Shown piece after piece: positions 29,569 through 38,887 of a stretch of DNA of 64,000 bases. The position numbers and the translations under genes are program-made. How positions within the stretch are numbered: position 1 is the stretch's first letter; each line of letters begins with the position of its first letter. Source of the stretch: Gemmatimonadota bacterium (GTDB taxonomy: Bacteria > Gemmatimonadota > Gemmatimonadetes > Longimicrobiales > Gaopeijiaceae); contig JBDHHQ010000053.1 of the NCBI GenBank assembly GCA_039589315.1, positions 25,931 to 89,930 on the forward strand, in the 5' to 3' direction. The notes under the pieces were generated by a model, which did not search any database, was not told where the DNA came from, and saw only the letters and a program-made list of their open reading frames with translations.

Positions 29569-31016
29569 GCCAGATGACGCTCTCGCGCACGCATGCAGCC
29601 CCCCTGACCCCGGGCGAGTTCCACCGCTTCGACGCGGCGGGCCAGCCTTTCGTCTACCTCGTGCCCAGCGCGGGCGTGTTCCGCCTGGACGAGGCGTCGC
29701 TGGCGGTGTTGGACGCACTTGCCGAGGCGGACATGACCGCCGAGCAGATCACCGCCGCCCTCCAACCCAGGTTCGCGCCCGGCGCCGTGATCGACCGCAT
29801 CGGCGAGCTGGAGGGGATTCGGGCGTTGGGGCCTGCGGGCGAATCGAACGGCCAGGTGCCGGACGTGCTCCCCCCCAAGGGATTCCCACTGACCACGATG
29901 GTCCTGAACGTCACCAGCAAGTGCAACCTGGCGTGTACCTACTGCTACGAATACGGCGAGGACGCCATCGTCGAGCAGAGCACGAAGCCCCGCTTCATGG
30001 ACGACGAAACGGCCCGGGAGAGCGTGGACTTCATGTTCGCTCAGGCGGGCTCCAACCGGGTGGTGCACCTGACGTTCTTCGGCGGCGAGACGCTGCTCAA
30101 CTTCAAGCTGCTGAAGGGCACGACCGAGTACGCCCGCCGACGGGCGGCCGACTGCGGCAAGCGCGTCGAGTTCAGCCTCACCACCAACGCCACGCTCCTC
30201 CGTCCAGAGATCATCGACTGGATCGTCGAGAACGAGGTGGGCGTGACGATCTCCATGGACGGGCCTCGGGAGGTCCAGGACGGACTTCGGGTGTTCCGGA
30301 ACGGCATGGGCAGCTACGACGTGATCCTCCCCCGGATCCAGGAGCTGCAGCGGCGACACGAGAGTCGACCCATCGGCGCCCGCGTCACGTTGACCAGCCG
30401 GAACCTCGACGTGATCACCATCTACCGGCACCTGACCGAGCAGATCGGCTTCTGGGAGGTGGGATTCGCGCCGGTAACCACGGCCTCGTGCCGGGACTAC
30501 GCCATCGAGGACGCGGGGTTCGACCGCATGTTGGGCCAGTTCAACGAGCTGGCGTACGAGTTCCTCGAGCACGCGGCCACCGACCGGCACCACGGCTTCT
30601 CCAACGTGAAGGACACGCTGGAGGAGATCCACAAGGGCGTGAGCAAGGCGTACCCGTGCGGCGCCGGCCTGGGCCTCATGGGTGTGGCCACCGACGGCGA
30701 CGTCGCCCTCTGCCACCGCTTCGCCGGCTCCGACGAGCACAAGATCGGCTCCGTGTCCGCCGGGATCGACGTGGAGCGGCAGTACGAGTTCCTCGAGAAG
30801 CACCACATCAACGAGAAGACGGACTGCAGCAAGTGCTGGGCGCGCCCCCTGTGTGCCGGGGGCTGTTATCACGAGGCCCACACTCGGTACGGTGACACCG
30901 CTGCCGCCAATCTCCACTACTGCGAGTGGATCCGGAGCTGGACCCACACGTGCCTGGAGATCTACGGCGAGCTGGCGGAGCGAAACCCCGACTTCCTCGC
31001 CCACTTCGATGCCTAG
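29565..31016 (+). CDS. qhpD: Radical SAM/SPASM thioether-forming maturase
   Basis: N-terminal RRE-like region; CNLACTYC; FFGGETLLNF; PCGAG...LCHRF; CSKCWARPLCAGGCYHE. Confidence 0.93.
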   Translation: MSQMTLSRTHAAPLTPGEFHRFDAAGQPFVYLVPSAGVFRLDEASLAVLDALAEADMTAEQITAALQPRFAPGAVIDRIGELEGIRALGPAGESNGQVPDVLPPKGFPLTTMVLNVTSKCNLACTYCYEYGEDAIVEQSTKPRFMDDETARESVDFMFAQAGSNRVVHLTFFGGETLLNFKLLKGTTEYARRRAADCGKRVEFSLTTNATLLRPEIIDWIVENEVGVTISMDGPREVQDGLRVFRNGMGSYDVILPRIQELQRRHESRPIGARVTLTSRNLDVITIYRHLTEQIGFWEVGFAPVTTASCRDYAIEDAGFDRMLGQFNELAYEFLEHAATDRHHGFSNVKDTLEEIHKGVSKAYPCGAGLGLMGVATDGDVALCHRFAGSDEHKIGSVSAGIDVERQYEFLEKHHINEKTDCSKCWARPLCAGGCYHEAHTRYGDTAAANLHYCEWIRSWTHTCLEIYGELAERNPDFLAHFDA

Positions 31017-31097
31017 GGGCCCGGGGTCGGTACGCTCCACCCGCCGACGTGACAGCACCGGAGAGGACCGGCGCGTAGCGATACCAAGGAGACCCAC

Positions 31098-31502
31098 GTG
31101 AAGCACCTGAAGCCCATCAACCGCAAGGCAAGCCGCATCGAGGCCCACCTGGCCCGGGACGCGTCCGGCGCCGCCGCGGCCGGCGAGCACCAGCCCGAGC
31201 CCCACGGCTCGCCCGGCGAAGAGAAGGACGTCGTTGCGCTGGGGGGCATCCTCCCGGAGGTCCCCGACTTCCCGCATATCCCCCTGGGGTGCTCGTTGGT
31301 GTTCTTCCCCGGTTGGGAGGCAGACGAGACGGGGGGGACCGCCGGGCTCTGCCAGCCGGTGGAGCGGGATCTCTTCGACTGCCACCTGGCTTGCTTCTGG
31401 CCGGCGCACGTCCCGGATCAGCTCAACAGCAGCCCCGATTGGACGGGCAAGTGCGCGGCCGCCCAGAAGGACTGGCGCAAGCTGGACCTGATCTTCCCAT
31501 GA
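31098..31502 (+). CDS. qhpC: QHNDH gamma subunit precursor (CTQ-bearing)
   Basis: AAGGAG RBS + GTG; leader MKHLKPINRKA; core GCSLVFFPGWE...LCQPVERDLFDCHLACFWPAHVPD...DWRKL with all four crosslink pairs at canonical spacing. Confidence 0.95.
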   Translation: MKHLKPINRKASRIEAHLARDASGAAAAGEHQPEPHGSPGEEKDVVALGGILPEVPDFPHIPLGCSLVFFPGWEADETGGTAGLCQPVERDLFDCHLACFWPAHVPDQLNSSPDWTGKCAAAQKDWRKLDLIFP

Positions 31503-32677
31503 GCCTGGCGGCGACTCGCATGACGAGGGATGCTCCTGCCGCCTTGACGGCCGGCTCCATGATAACGCCTCCGCATCGGGGGCGGCCCGAGCCGGTGCGG
31601 GCCCTCCTGCCGTTGGTTTGCGTCCTGGCCCTCGGAGCCGCGGCTCCGGCCTTCGGCCAGCAGCCTGGCGGGGGTGACGGCACGATCTACATGGGCACCT
31701 ACGCCGAGTCCATCTATGTCATCGACGAGGCGACGCTGGAGGTCACGGGCCAGATCGAGATGGACACGGGCATCCCCATCGACATCACCCGGTCGGCCGA
31801 CGGCGAGCGTCTCTACGTGCGCGACGCCACCATGCAGTACGTCGAGGTCGTGGACGTCGCTTCGGGTCGAGTGGTGGATTCGTTCACGCTGAGTCACCGC
31901 AACACCCACTTCCGGTTCCGCGGCATGGCGATCGACCCGCAGGAGCGCTTCGTGGTCCTCAACGGGCGGGCGTACGCCAAGGAGCTGGATCGCTGGGACG
32001 TGGGACCCCACGTCATCCTCAGGGTCGATCTGGACACCCACGAAGTCACGGACACGATTCCGTGGCCCGACGGCGAGGAGCGGGAGTTCGTCCGGCTCAT
32101 CTTCTCGCCTGACGGTGAGCTCCTCTACTTCTTCGCGGACGACATCATCGCTCTGGAGACGGAGGGCTTCACCGAGGTCGACCGCTGGGAGCTCTCGCGT
32201 CCGCTCGAGTTCGGCATGGGACGCTTTCGCTTCGGGTTCCCCCAGAGCCCCCACGCCGAGGAGGGCGTCTTCACCGGCTTGTTCCGCACTGACGACCCGG
32301 TGCAGGGACGATCGATGATGGGTGTCGCGCGCGTCAGCCTGGCCGAGCGTGACGTGGAATTCTACACGCTGGGGCCCAGCGAGTCGGTGGAGTTCCAACT
32401 CGCCCCTGGCGGCCAGCGGGCGTACGGCCTGCTGGAGGAGATCGGGCGATACGAATTCTGGACGTTCGACCTGGAGAACCGGCGGATCGAGAGCCGCGTC
32501 CCCTTCCCGGGCCGTCCCCGCATGGCCCTCATGCCCAGCTCCAACGGTGACCTGCTCTATGTGTACGCGGCCGGCAACACCATCGACGTCTACGACGCCA
32601 ATGGCCACGAGCTGCTGCGCACCGTGGAATACGACGCGGACATGACGGAGTGGCTGCTGGTGCCCGGCGGTCCGTAG
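31499..32677 (+). CDS. qhpB: QHNDH beta subunit (YVTN-type beta-propeller); exact start uncertain
   Basis: ATGA overlap with qhpC; signal peptide; propeller repeats (IYVIDEAT, LYVYAAGNTIDVYDA); operon position. Confidence 0.8.
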   Translation: MSLAATRMTRDAPAALTAGSMITPPHRGRPEPVRALLPLVCVLALGAAAPAFGQQPGGGDGTIYMGTYAESIYVIDEATLEVTGQIEMDTGIPIDITRSADGERLYVRDATMQYVEVVDVASGRVVDSFTLSHRNTHFRFRGMAIDPQERFVVLNGRAYAKELDRWDVGPHVILRVDLDTHEVTDTIPWPDGEEREFVRLIFSPDGELLYFFADDIIALETEGFTEVDRWELSRPLEFGMGRFRFGFPQSPHAEEGVFTGLFRTDDPVQGRSMMGVARVSLAERDVEFYTLGPSESVEFQLAPGGQRAYGLLEEIGRYEFWTFDLENRRIESRVPFPGRPRMALMPSSNGDLLYVYAAGNTIDVYDANGHELLRTVEYDADMTEWLLVPGGP

Positions 32678-32682
32678 GGTAG

Positions 32683-34440
32683 GTGCGCACGCCTTCCCGC
32701 TCCGGTCTTCTCGGGGACCGCGAGTTTCGTTGGGCCCTGCGGTATGTCCGGCCCTATCTGCCGGCCCTGGCGCTGGTGCTGGGCCTCAGCTCGCTGGGGA
32801 CGCTCCTCTCGCTCTACCTGCCCTACCTGTCCAAGGATCTGGTGGACAACGCCCTGCTGGGCGGGAGTCGCGCGGCTTTGCTCCGGATCGTCGGGCTGTT
32901 CGTCGGGCTCACGGTGCTGAGCTATGGGCTGAACGTGATCGGCGGGCTGCGCTACACCCGAGTCTCGGCAGACATCCTCTTCGACATGCGGCTGGACCTG
33001 TACCGGCACCTCCAGCGGCTCTCTCCCAGGTTCTACGCCGAGACGCCCCTGGGCGACATCGTCTCCCGGATCAACAACGACATCAGCGAGATCCAACGCA
33101 TCGCCTCGGAGACGGTACTGGCGTGGATCGGCAACGTACTGTTCCTGGCGGGCACGGTGTTCATGCTCCTTTGGCTCGATCCCCTGCTCTTCCTGGTCAG
33201 CCTCGCGGTGCTGCCCCCGAGCCTCTGGGCCCTGGTGCATTACCGACGGAGGCTGGAAAGCAGCGTCCGGGTCCTGCGGGAGCGGAGCGCGGACATCGGG
33301 ACGTTCCTAATCGAAACGCTGCAGGGGATGAAGCTGGTGGTGGCGTCCAACGCCCAGGCCCGTGAGGGCGATCGCTTCCGGAGCAAGAACGACGACTTCA
33401 TCGGCGCCCTCATGTCCATGAGGCTGCTCACGTACCTGTCCGGGGGACTTCCCGGGCTGATCCTGTCCGGTGGCATCGCGGTGGTGTTCCTGGTGGGCGG
33501 ACAGCGAGTGATCGGGGGCGCGATCACGATGGGCACGTTCGTGGCGTTCATGGCCTACCAGATGAGGCTCCTCTCGCCCATCCGGGGAATGATGGGACTG
33601 TACGCCAACCTGGCCACCGCCCGAGTGTCCCTGCGGCGGGTCCACGAGGTCCTGGACGCGCCGGTGGAGGTGACCGATCCGCCGGACCCGGTGACGTTGG
33701 ACACCGTCCGGGGCGCCATCGACCTGGACGACGTCACGTTCACCTTCGGCCGGGGCGCCCCGGTGTTGGACGGGGTCAGCCTCTCGGTGGCACCGGGCCA
33801 GGTGGTGGCGATCGTGGGGCCCAGCGGCAGCGGCAAATCCACCATCGTGGACCTGCTGACCCGGCATCTGGACCCGGACGCCGGGATCGTTCGGTTGGAC
33901 GGTCATGACCTGCGCGACCTCCGTCTCGCCGACGTAAGGCACCACGTGGCCGCGGTGGAGCACGCTCCCTTCGTGTTCAATACCACCCTGGCGGAGAACG
34001 TCCGCTACGCTCTTCCCGGCGCCGACCCGGCGGCCATCGACGCGGCGGCCCGAGCCGCGGGGCTGGGCGACTTCGTAGACGCGCTCCCCGAGCGGCTCGA
34101 CACACCCGTAGGCGAGCGGGGCCGGGCCCTCTCTGCGGGTCAACGCCAACGCCTCGGCATCGCTCGGGCCCTGCTACGCGACCCGGCCGTGCTGGTCCTC
34201 GACGAAGCTACCGGGGCCCTGGATCCTGCCGCCGAAGATCTGGTGGTGGCGGGGTACGAAGCGGTCATGCGGGGTAGGACCACGATGCTCATCACCCACC
34301 GCATGGAGATGGCCCGGAGGGCGGATCGGGTGGTCGTGCTCCGAGGCGGGCGGATCGTCGAGGACGGTCCGCCTGCGGAGCTTCTGGCCCGGCAAGGCGC
34401 CTTCCATCGGCTGTTCGTGGATGCCGCCACACTGGCCTGA
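32683..34440 (+). CDS. qhpF: ABC exporter (TMD+NBD fusion), QhpF-like
   Basis: TM domain, GPSGSGKS, LSAGQRQR, LDEAT, ITHR; operon position. Confidence 0.85.
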   Translation: MRTPSRSGLLGDREFRWALRYVRPYLPALALVLGLSSLGTLLSLYLPYLSKDLVDNALLGGSRAALLRIVGLFVGLTVLSYGLNVIGGLRYTRVSADILFDMRLDLYRHLQRLSPRFYAETPLGDIVSRINNDISEIQRIASETVLAWIGNVLFLAGTVFMLLWLDPLLFLVSLAVLPPSLWALVHYRRRLESSVRVLRERSADIGTFLIETLQGMKLVVASNAQAREGDRFRSKNDDFIGALMSMRLLTYLSGGLPGLILSGGIAVVFLVGGQRVIGGAITMGTFVAFMAYQMRLLSPIRGMMGLYANLATARVSLRRVHEVLDAPVEVTDPPDPVTLDTVRGAIDLDDVTFTFGRGAPVLDGVSLSVAPGQVVAIVGPSGSGKSTIVDLLTRHLDPDAGIVRLDGHDLRDLRLADVRHHVAAVEHAPFVFNTTLAENVRYALPGADPAAIDAAARAAGLGDFVDALPERLDTPVGERGRALSAGQRQRLGIARALLRDPAVLVLDEATGALDPAAEDLVVAGYEAVMRGRTTMLITHRMEMARRADRVVVLRGGRIVEDGPPAELLARQGAFHRLFVDAATLA

Positions 34441-35185
34441 GGGCGCGCGACTGGGGCTCGACCATCCGGTCCTGGCCGGGGTGGTCGGGGCCGGTGTTCG
34501 GGTCGCGGTCGTCGACAGTGGCGTCCACGGAGACCACCCCCATGTCGGGGGCATCCAGGGCGGGGTCGGCTTCATGGCAGACGGACGTGTCGTGCCGGAT
34601 CACGTCGACCAGTTGGGGCACGGGACGGCCGTGGCCGCCGCCGTACGGGAGAAGGCCCCGGCCGTGGAGGTCTACGCGGTGCGGGTCTTCCACGACGAGC
34701 TCTCCACCAGCGCGCGGGCTCTGGTCAAGGCCATCGACTGGGCGACGGAACGGGGGACTCGGCTGATCAACCTGAGCCTGGGCACCCCCAACCCCGCCCA
34801 CGAGGCGGAGCTGGCGGCTGCGGTCGCGCGGGCCGATGCCGCTGGCTCCATCGTGGTCTCGGCCGCGGAGCAGGACGGCCGCCCCGCCTGGCCCGGCATT
34901 CTCGACGATTCGGTCGGGGTACTGCTGGACTGGTCCGTGGACCGGGACGCCCTCCGGCTCACCCGCGACCACCGGGGCGGAGCCGCACTGGCAGCGTCCG
35001 GATACCCCCGCCCCATCCCCGGCATCCCGCCGAAGAAGAACCTGGCGGGCATCAGCTTCTCGGTCGCGAACGTCACGGGTGTGTTGGCGCGCGTCCTCGA
35101 GGCGGAGCCCCGAGCCCGGCGGGCGGCTGGCCTGCTGGAGGTCGTGTCCGCCTATGCGTGGCCCGTGTCGGCCGACGGCCCGTAG
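34421..35185 (+). CDS. qhpE: Subtilisin-like S8 leader peptidase, QhpE-like
   Basis: VAVVDSG, GHGTAVA, INLSLG, GISFSVA catalytic motifs; no signal peptide. Confidence 0.85.
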   Translation: MPPHWPEGARLGLDHPVLAGVVGAGVRVAVVDSGVHGDHPHVGGIQGGVGFMADGRVVPDHVDQLGHGTAVAAAVREKAPAVEVYAVRVFHDELSTSARALVKAIDWATERGTRLINLSLGTPNPAHEAELAAAVARADAAGSIVVSAAEQDGRPAWPGILDDSVGVLLDWSVDRDALRLTRDHRGGAALAASGYPRPIPGIPPKKNLAGISFSVANVTGVLARVLEAEPRARRAAGLLEVVSAYAWPVSADGP

Positions 35186-35637
35186 ATCCCCGGCACCTTG
35201 CCGCCTGCCGGCCGGATGTACGTGCTGAGCTGCCCACGGTGATGGATCTGGTCGAACAGGAAGCCCCACATGATCTGGCTGGCCGGGGACTCCAACGCCA
35301 GGTGCTCGCCGGCCCACATCTTGGCGGTCGCACCCCACGCCTCGTCGCTCATCCTACCCAGCTTCTCCTCGAGCTCGGTGTGGGCAGATTCGTACAGCTC
35401 CAAAGCCTCGTCCAAGGTGTCGAACTCGACCACGTTGCGATGGTGGATCACACCGTCGTCAATGAGCTCCACCAGGTCCTGTTCGTGGCCGATGATGTGG
35501 CCGATGAGCTCGCGGGCGGTCCTGGCCTTGGGCTCCGGGCGTTGGTCGAGGCCTGCTGCGGGCATCGCGGCGATGACCTTCCTGGAAAGGCCGGCTTCGT
35601 GGGCGCAACAGCCCATGTAGAACTGTCGGTTGTCCAT
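35152..35637 (-). CDS. DinB-family protein
   Basis: RPEPKARTARELIGH, DQIHHRGQLSTYIR...KVPGIYGPSAD; GGAGAG RBS. Confidence 0.85.
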   Translation of the reverse strand: MDNRQFYMGCCAHEAGLSRKVIAAMPAAGLDQRPEPKARTARELIGHIIGHEQDLVELIDDGVIHHRNVVEFDTLDEALELYESAHTELEEKLGRMSDEAWGATAKMWAGEHLALESPASQIMWGFLFDQIHHRGQLSTYIRPAGGKVPGIYGPSADTGHA

Positions 35638-35907
35638 GACTTCTCTCCGAAGCAATCTCATGCGTTGTCGGATCGAGCTCCCCGTGCGGGAGCTCCGGGG
35701 CGCTGAAGTTGTGCTCTGCCCCCGACCGCTGCAAGCACCCTTTACGGGGGCCCCGTATCGTGGATGTGCTGCCGTGAATCAGGGGACGAGATCACTGTGG
35801 GCGGGCGGCAGGGGAGTGCGCGACCGGCCGAGTTCGACCGCCCACGGCGGGTCCGCAGAGCACGTCTCTCGGCCTGGTGGAACGGCGCTTCCAAGGGGGG
35901 CGCCGCC

Positions 35908-37023
35908 CTACCGGACCAGCGGCCGGCCCAGGATCCGCACCCACTCCTCGTAGGCCGGCTTCGGCTGAAGCGCTTCGTCGAGAATGCCCATGGTGGCGAA
36001 GTTGCTCAGGGTGGACTCCCTCTCCGCCGAGAGCCCCCATCCGTCCAACGCCAGGTCGGCAGGAATCAGGAAGACCCACAGCGCACCGTCCACGCTGTCA
36101 AGGAGCTGCTCGAATCGTCGGAAGAACGCGGCCTGTTCGACGGGCGTCCCGCTGCCCCAGGCCGTGGCGCCGGAGCTCCAGCCGCCCTCCACCAGGATCA
36201 GAGGCAGGTCCGTGTGCTGCTGGAAGCGGCTGAAGTAGTCGTCCGGGATGAGCGCGGGCTCCTCGAATACGAAGACGGGATACGACGACAAGCCCAGGGC
36301 GTCGATGTCGAAGTCGTCAATGAGGGCGAAGTGGTCCGCCCCGTCGGGAATGAGCAGATTCCACGCGTCATCGACCTGGAAGGAGACGAAGACCTGGATG
36401 CCCGGCTGCAACGCCCGAACCTCCGCCGCCATGTCGTTGATCATGTCCACCAGGGCGACGTAGCGCGTCGGATCGCCGTGAGCACCCAGCGTGTTGATCT
36501 CGGAGGCGAGCCCTAGATACCCAGGCTGGATGCGCCGCACCACGGTCCTCACCCACTCCTCGTGGAGGGCCCGGATCTCGGGTTCCAGGATGCTACGGCC
36601 GGCCTCCACCAGCTCGAGCGGCTCGCGCCTTCGATCGAGACCGTCCAGCGGGTCCACCACGAAGACGATGTCCTCCGTGCCCAGAGCCCGCATGTAGTCC
36701 GCCAGGCCGCCGGGCTCCTCCACGAGCTCGTCCAGGGGGTCGCCGGCCAGGATCCGTGACCAGGGCGGAGCCGACTGCATGAGGGTCACCTCGCCCAGCT
36801 CGACCACGAGCTCGGCTGTGGCCAGAACCGATTCCGTGGTCAGTCGGGGGGGCGTCACGGACCAGCCCATGGCGAAGGTACGCGGCTCATCCTGGGGTAG
36901 TACCGGGTCCTGGGGATCCGTGGTGCTGGAGCAGGCCCCCACCATGAGCGCGGTCGTGGCCTGCAGGGTGGCTCTCCTGAGCGTGCACGTCCAAGTTCGA
37001 GCACTGAGGACGGGGCTGATCAT
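35908..37023 (-). CDS. Lipoprotein with a glycoside hydrolase-like TIM barrel
   Basis: Lipobox MVGAC; LASEIN, GLSSYP, LVEGGW, MGILD...KPA, reminiscent of clan GH-A. Confidence 0.55.
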   Translation of the reverse strand: MISPVLSARTWTCTLRRATLQATTALMVGACSSTTDPQDPVLPQDEPRTFAMGWSVTPPRLTTESVLATAELVVELGEVTLMQSAPPWSRILAGDPLDELVEEPGGLADYMRALGTEDIVFVVDPLDGLDRRREPLELVEAGRSILEPEIRALHEEWVRTVVRRIQPGYLGLASEINTLGAHGDPTRYVALVDMINDMAAEVRALQPGIQVFVSFQVDDAWNLLIPDGADHFALIDDFDIDALGLSSYPVFVFEEPALIPDDYFSRFQQHTDLPLILVEGGWSSGATAWGSGTPVEQAAFFRRFEQLLDSVDGALWVFLIPADLALDGWGLSAERESTLSNFATMGILDEALQPKPAYEEWVRILGRPLVR

Positions 37024-37212
37024 TCGGCGAGGTCTCCGGATCAGTCGATCTTCGTGTCCCCCAAGTCGTCGACCGGGGAGGCTCGGTCCAGAAGGGTGCC
37101 CCTCCGCCGGATCGAAACTCGGCTCCTGCTGCTCTACGAGCTCCCTGTAGTGCTGCCGGTACCTGGCCCGCACCTCGTCCGAGCGAAGGACGACCGGAGC
37201 GCCGAGCGCTCC

Positions 37213-37893
37213 TCAAGCACCGCCTTGCAGATGTAGCTCCGTCGTCCCGGCGCCGATCTCGACCAGTTGCTCCGACTGCAGCGCCGGATCCACGTTCCAC
37301 ACCCTGAGGCGGTACCGACCCGGCGGTACGCCATCGAACGTGAATGCGCCGTCTGCCGCGGCCACGACCGCATACGGCTCCGTCACGACGACCAGATGCC
37401 CCAACATGCCCGGATGGATGTCACAGGCCACTGCGTACAGCCCGGTCCGGTCGAAGGTGTGCACGTAGGGATCGCCGATGACGGGGTTGACGCTGAAGAT
37501 CATGGAGTCCGTCGCGGTCTCGACGACCCGAACGTTGTGGGAGACCTCTTCGCTGTTCCGAAACTCGACCAGTTGGCCCCTTCGGGCCACGAGGAGGCGT
37601 GGGACGAACGCGATGGCGAACTGGTCCATGACCGCCGGCTCGGTGGGCACCGGGCTCTCGCCAGGCGGCTCGGGAGCCAGGGTGACCACCGATCGGATGT
37701 CGCCCGTCGCGGAGGGCGCAGTGCCGACCACCATCGACGCTTCCGCGCCATCTGCGGGCTGATCGCCTTCCGGGCCCGCACAGGCAGATGCAGGAAGCAG
37801 GGTCAAACAGGCGAAGACGGCGGTCCAGCGCCAGCCACGCCCCCGCGACTCAGACTGGATCGTGATGATCTCTTCTGTACTTGGCACGAGCAC
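37213..37893 (-). CDS. Cupredoxin-domain lipoprotein with a C-terminal carboxypeptidase-regulatory-like domain; start approximate
   Basis: Lipobox ASAC; FVPRLLV, SHNV, CDIHPGM type-1 copper ligand set; DGAFTFDGVPPGRYRLRVW. Confidence 0.75.
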   Translation of the reverse strand: MLVPSTEEIITIQSESRGRGWRWTAVFACLTLLPASACAGPEGDQPADGAEASMVVGTAPSATGDIRSVVTLAPEPPGESPVPTEPAVMDQFAIAFVPRLLVARRGQLVEFRNSEEVSHNVRVVETATDSMIFSVNPVIGDPYVHTFDRTGLYAVACDIHPGMLGHLVVVTEPYAVVAAADGAFTFDGVPPGRYRLRVWNVDPALQSEQLVEIGAGTTELHLQGGA

Positions 37894-37955
37894 CCCCCGA
37901 TGACCGGTGGCTGGTGAAGATCTCCCCGCACTGGTCATATGCGGGTGCGGGCGAG

Positions 37956-37996
37956 TTGACAATCACACCACGGAATCCGATACTCTACAGGGGTAT
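37956..37996 (+). promoter_or_regulatory. Sigma70 promoter with an overlapping CsoR-type operator
   Basis: TTGACA (37956-61), 17-nt spacer, GATACT (37979-84); pseudo-palindrome ATAC-TCTACAGGG-GTAT (37980-96) with a G-tract. Confidence 0.8.
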
Positions 37997-38021
37997 AGTA
38001 CTCCGTCATGATACGTCGGGT

Positions 38022-38336
38022 ATGCCGCACATGAGCACCACAGCGCACGCGCACGCAATGGGGATCGCAGAGCCTACGAAGGCCGATCTCCTGAAACGCC
38101 TGGCTCGGGTCCGTGGCCAGGTGGACGGCATCCGGAGGATGGTGGAGGACGAGCGGTACTGCCCGGATATCCTGCAGCAGTTCGCCGCCGTGCGTGCAGG
38201 CCTCGCCGCGGCCGAGAAGGAGCTCTTCGCGAATCACCTGGAAGGGTGCGCGACACACGCTCTGGCTCAGGGCGGCGAAGCCGCCCGGGATGTGCGCCAG
38301 GAGCTGTTGGACCTCTTCTACCGCTACATGCGCTGA
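38022..38336 (+). CDS. csoR: CsoR/RcnR-family metal-sensing repressor
   Basis: RLARVRGQVDGIRRMVEDERYCPDILQQ...NHLEGC (Cys-His-Cys Cu(I) ligands). Confidence 0.9.
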   Translation: MPHMSTTAHAHAMGIAEPTKADLLKRLARVRGQVDGIRRMVEDERYCPDILQQFAAVRAGLAAAEKELFANHLEGCATHALAQGGEAARDVRQELLDLFYRYMR

Positions 38337-38352
38337 GGCCCCCAAGGTGTCC

Positions 38353-38772
38353 ATGTCTCTCAGTCGCCCTCTCCGGCGCGCGGTCGCAGTCCCGCTGTTG
38401 GGGCTGCTCATGGGATCCGCGGGCGCCTTTCCCGGGTCTTGCCCGGGGATGAACGAGAGAGGCGCCTCGGCAGTGGCCCCGACGGCGGATCAGCATGGCG
38501 CACATGCCCAGCACGAATCCGTGTCCCCACCACGGGTTACGCTCGCGGGCACGCACGCTCCGCCCCCGACGGCTCTGTCGCTCGACACGCAGGGCCAGCA
38601 CACGGACCTTCCTGCCTGTGCAACGATGAGCCATTGCGCCGCCAGCCTGCCCGGCGCCGGTGCGCCCACCGCGCCGTGGAGTGACATGATCCCTACCTCG
38701 GCGGCTTCAGCACCCACCTGGCAGCTTCACGCCACGAGCCTCCAGCACCTCACCCCACCTCCCAGAGCCTGA
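38353..38772 (+). CDS. Small His/Cys/Met-containing protein ending in PPPRA (DUF2946-like leader)
   Basis: Hydrophobic N-terminus, CPGM, HGAHAQH, CATMSHC, terminal HLTPPPRA; sits between csoR and tolC. Confidence 0.6.
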   Translation: MSLSRPLRRAVAVPLLGLLMGSAGAFPGSCPGMNERGASAVAPTADQHGAHAQHESVSPPRVTLAGTHAPPPTALSLDTQGQHTDLPACATMSHCAASLPGAGAPTAPWSDMIPTSAASAPTWQLHATSLQHLTPPPRA

Positions 38773-38887
38773 ACCCCACATCAACGCGGGAGTAGTGCGC
38801 CTTCCTGCCCCGACTCGGGCCGGAAGGTGCGCGCGCGGCCCCTCATGGGCCGCGCGGATTCGGGCTCAGACATCGGAGGAAGGAATC

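Noticed and set aside
28920..31409. 829-aa minus-strand ORF across qhpA/D/C
   Set aside because: Typical antisense ORF of GC-rich coding DNA; no recognisable domain.
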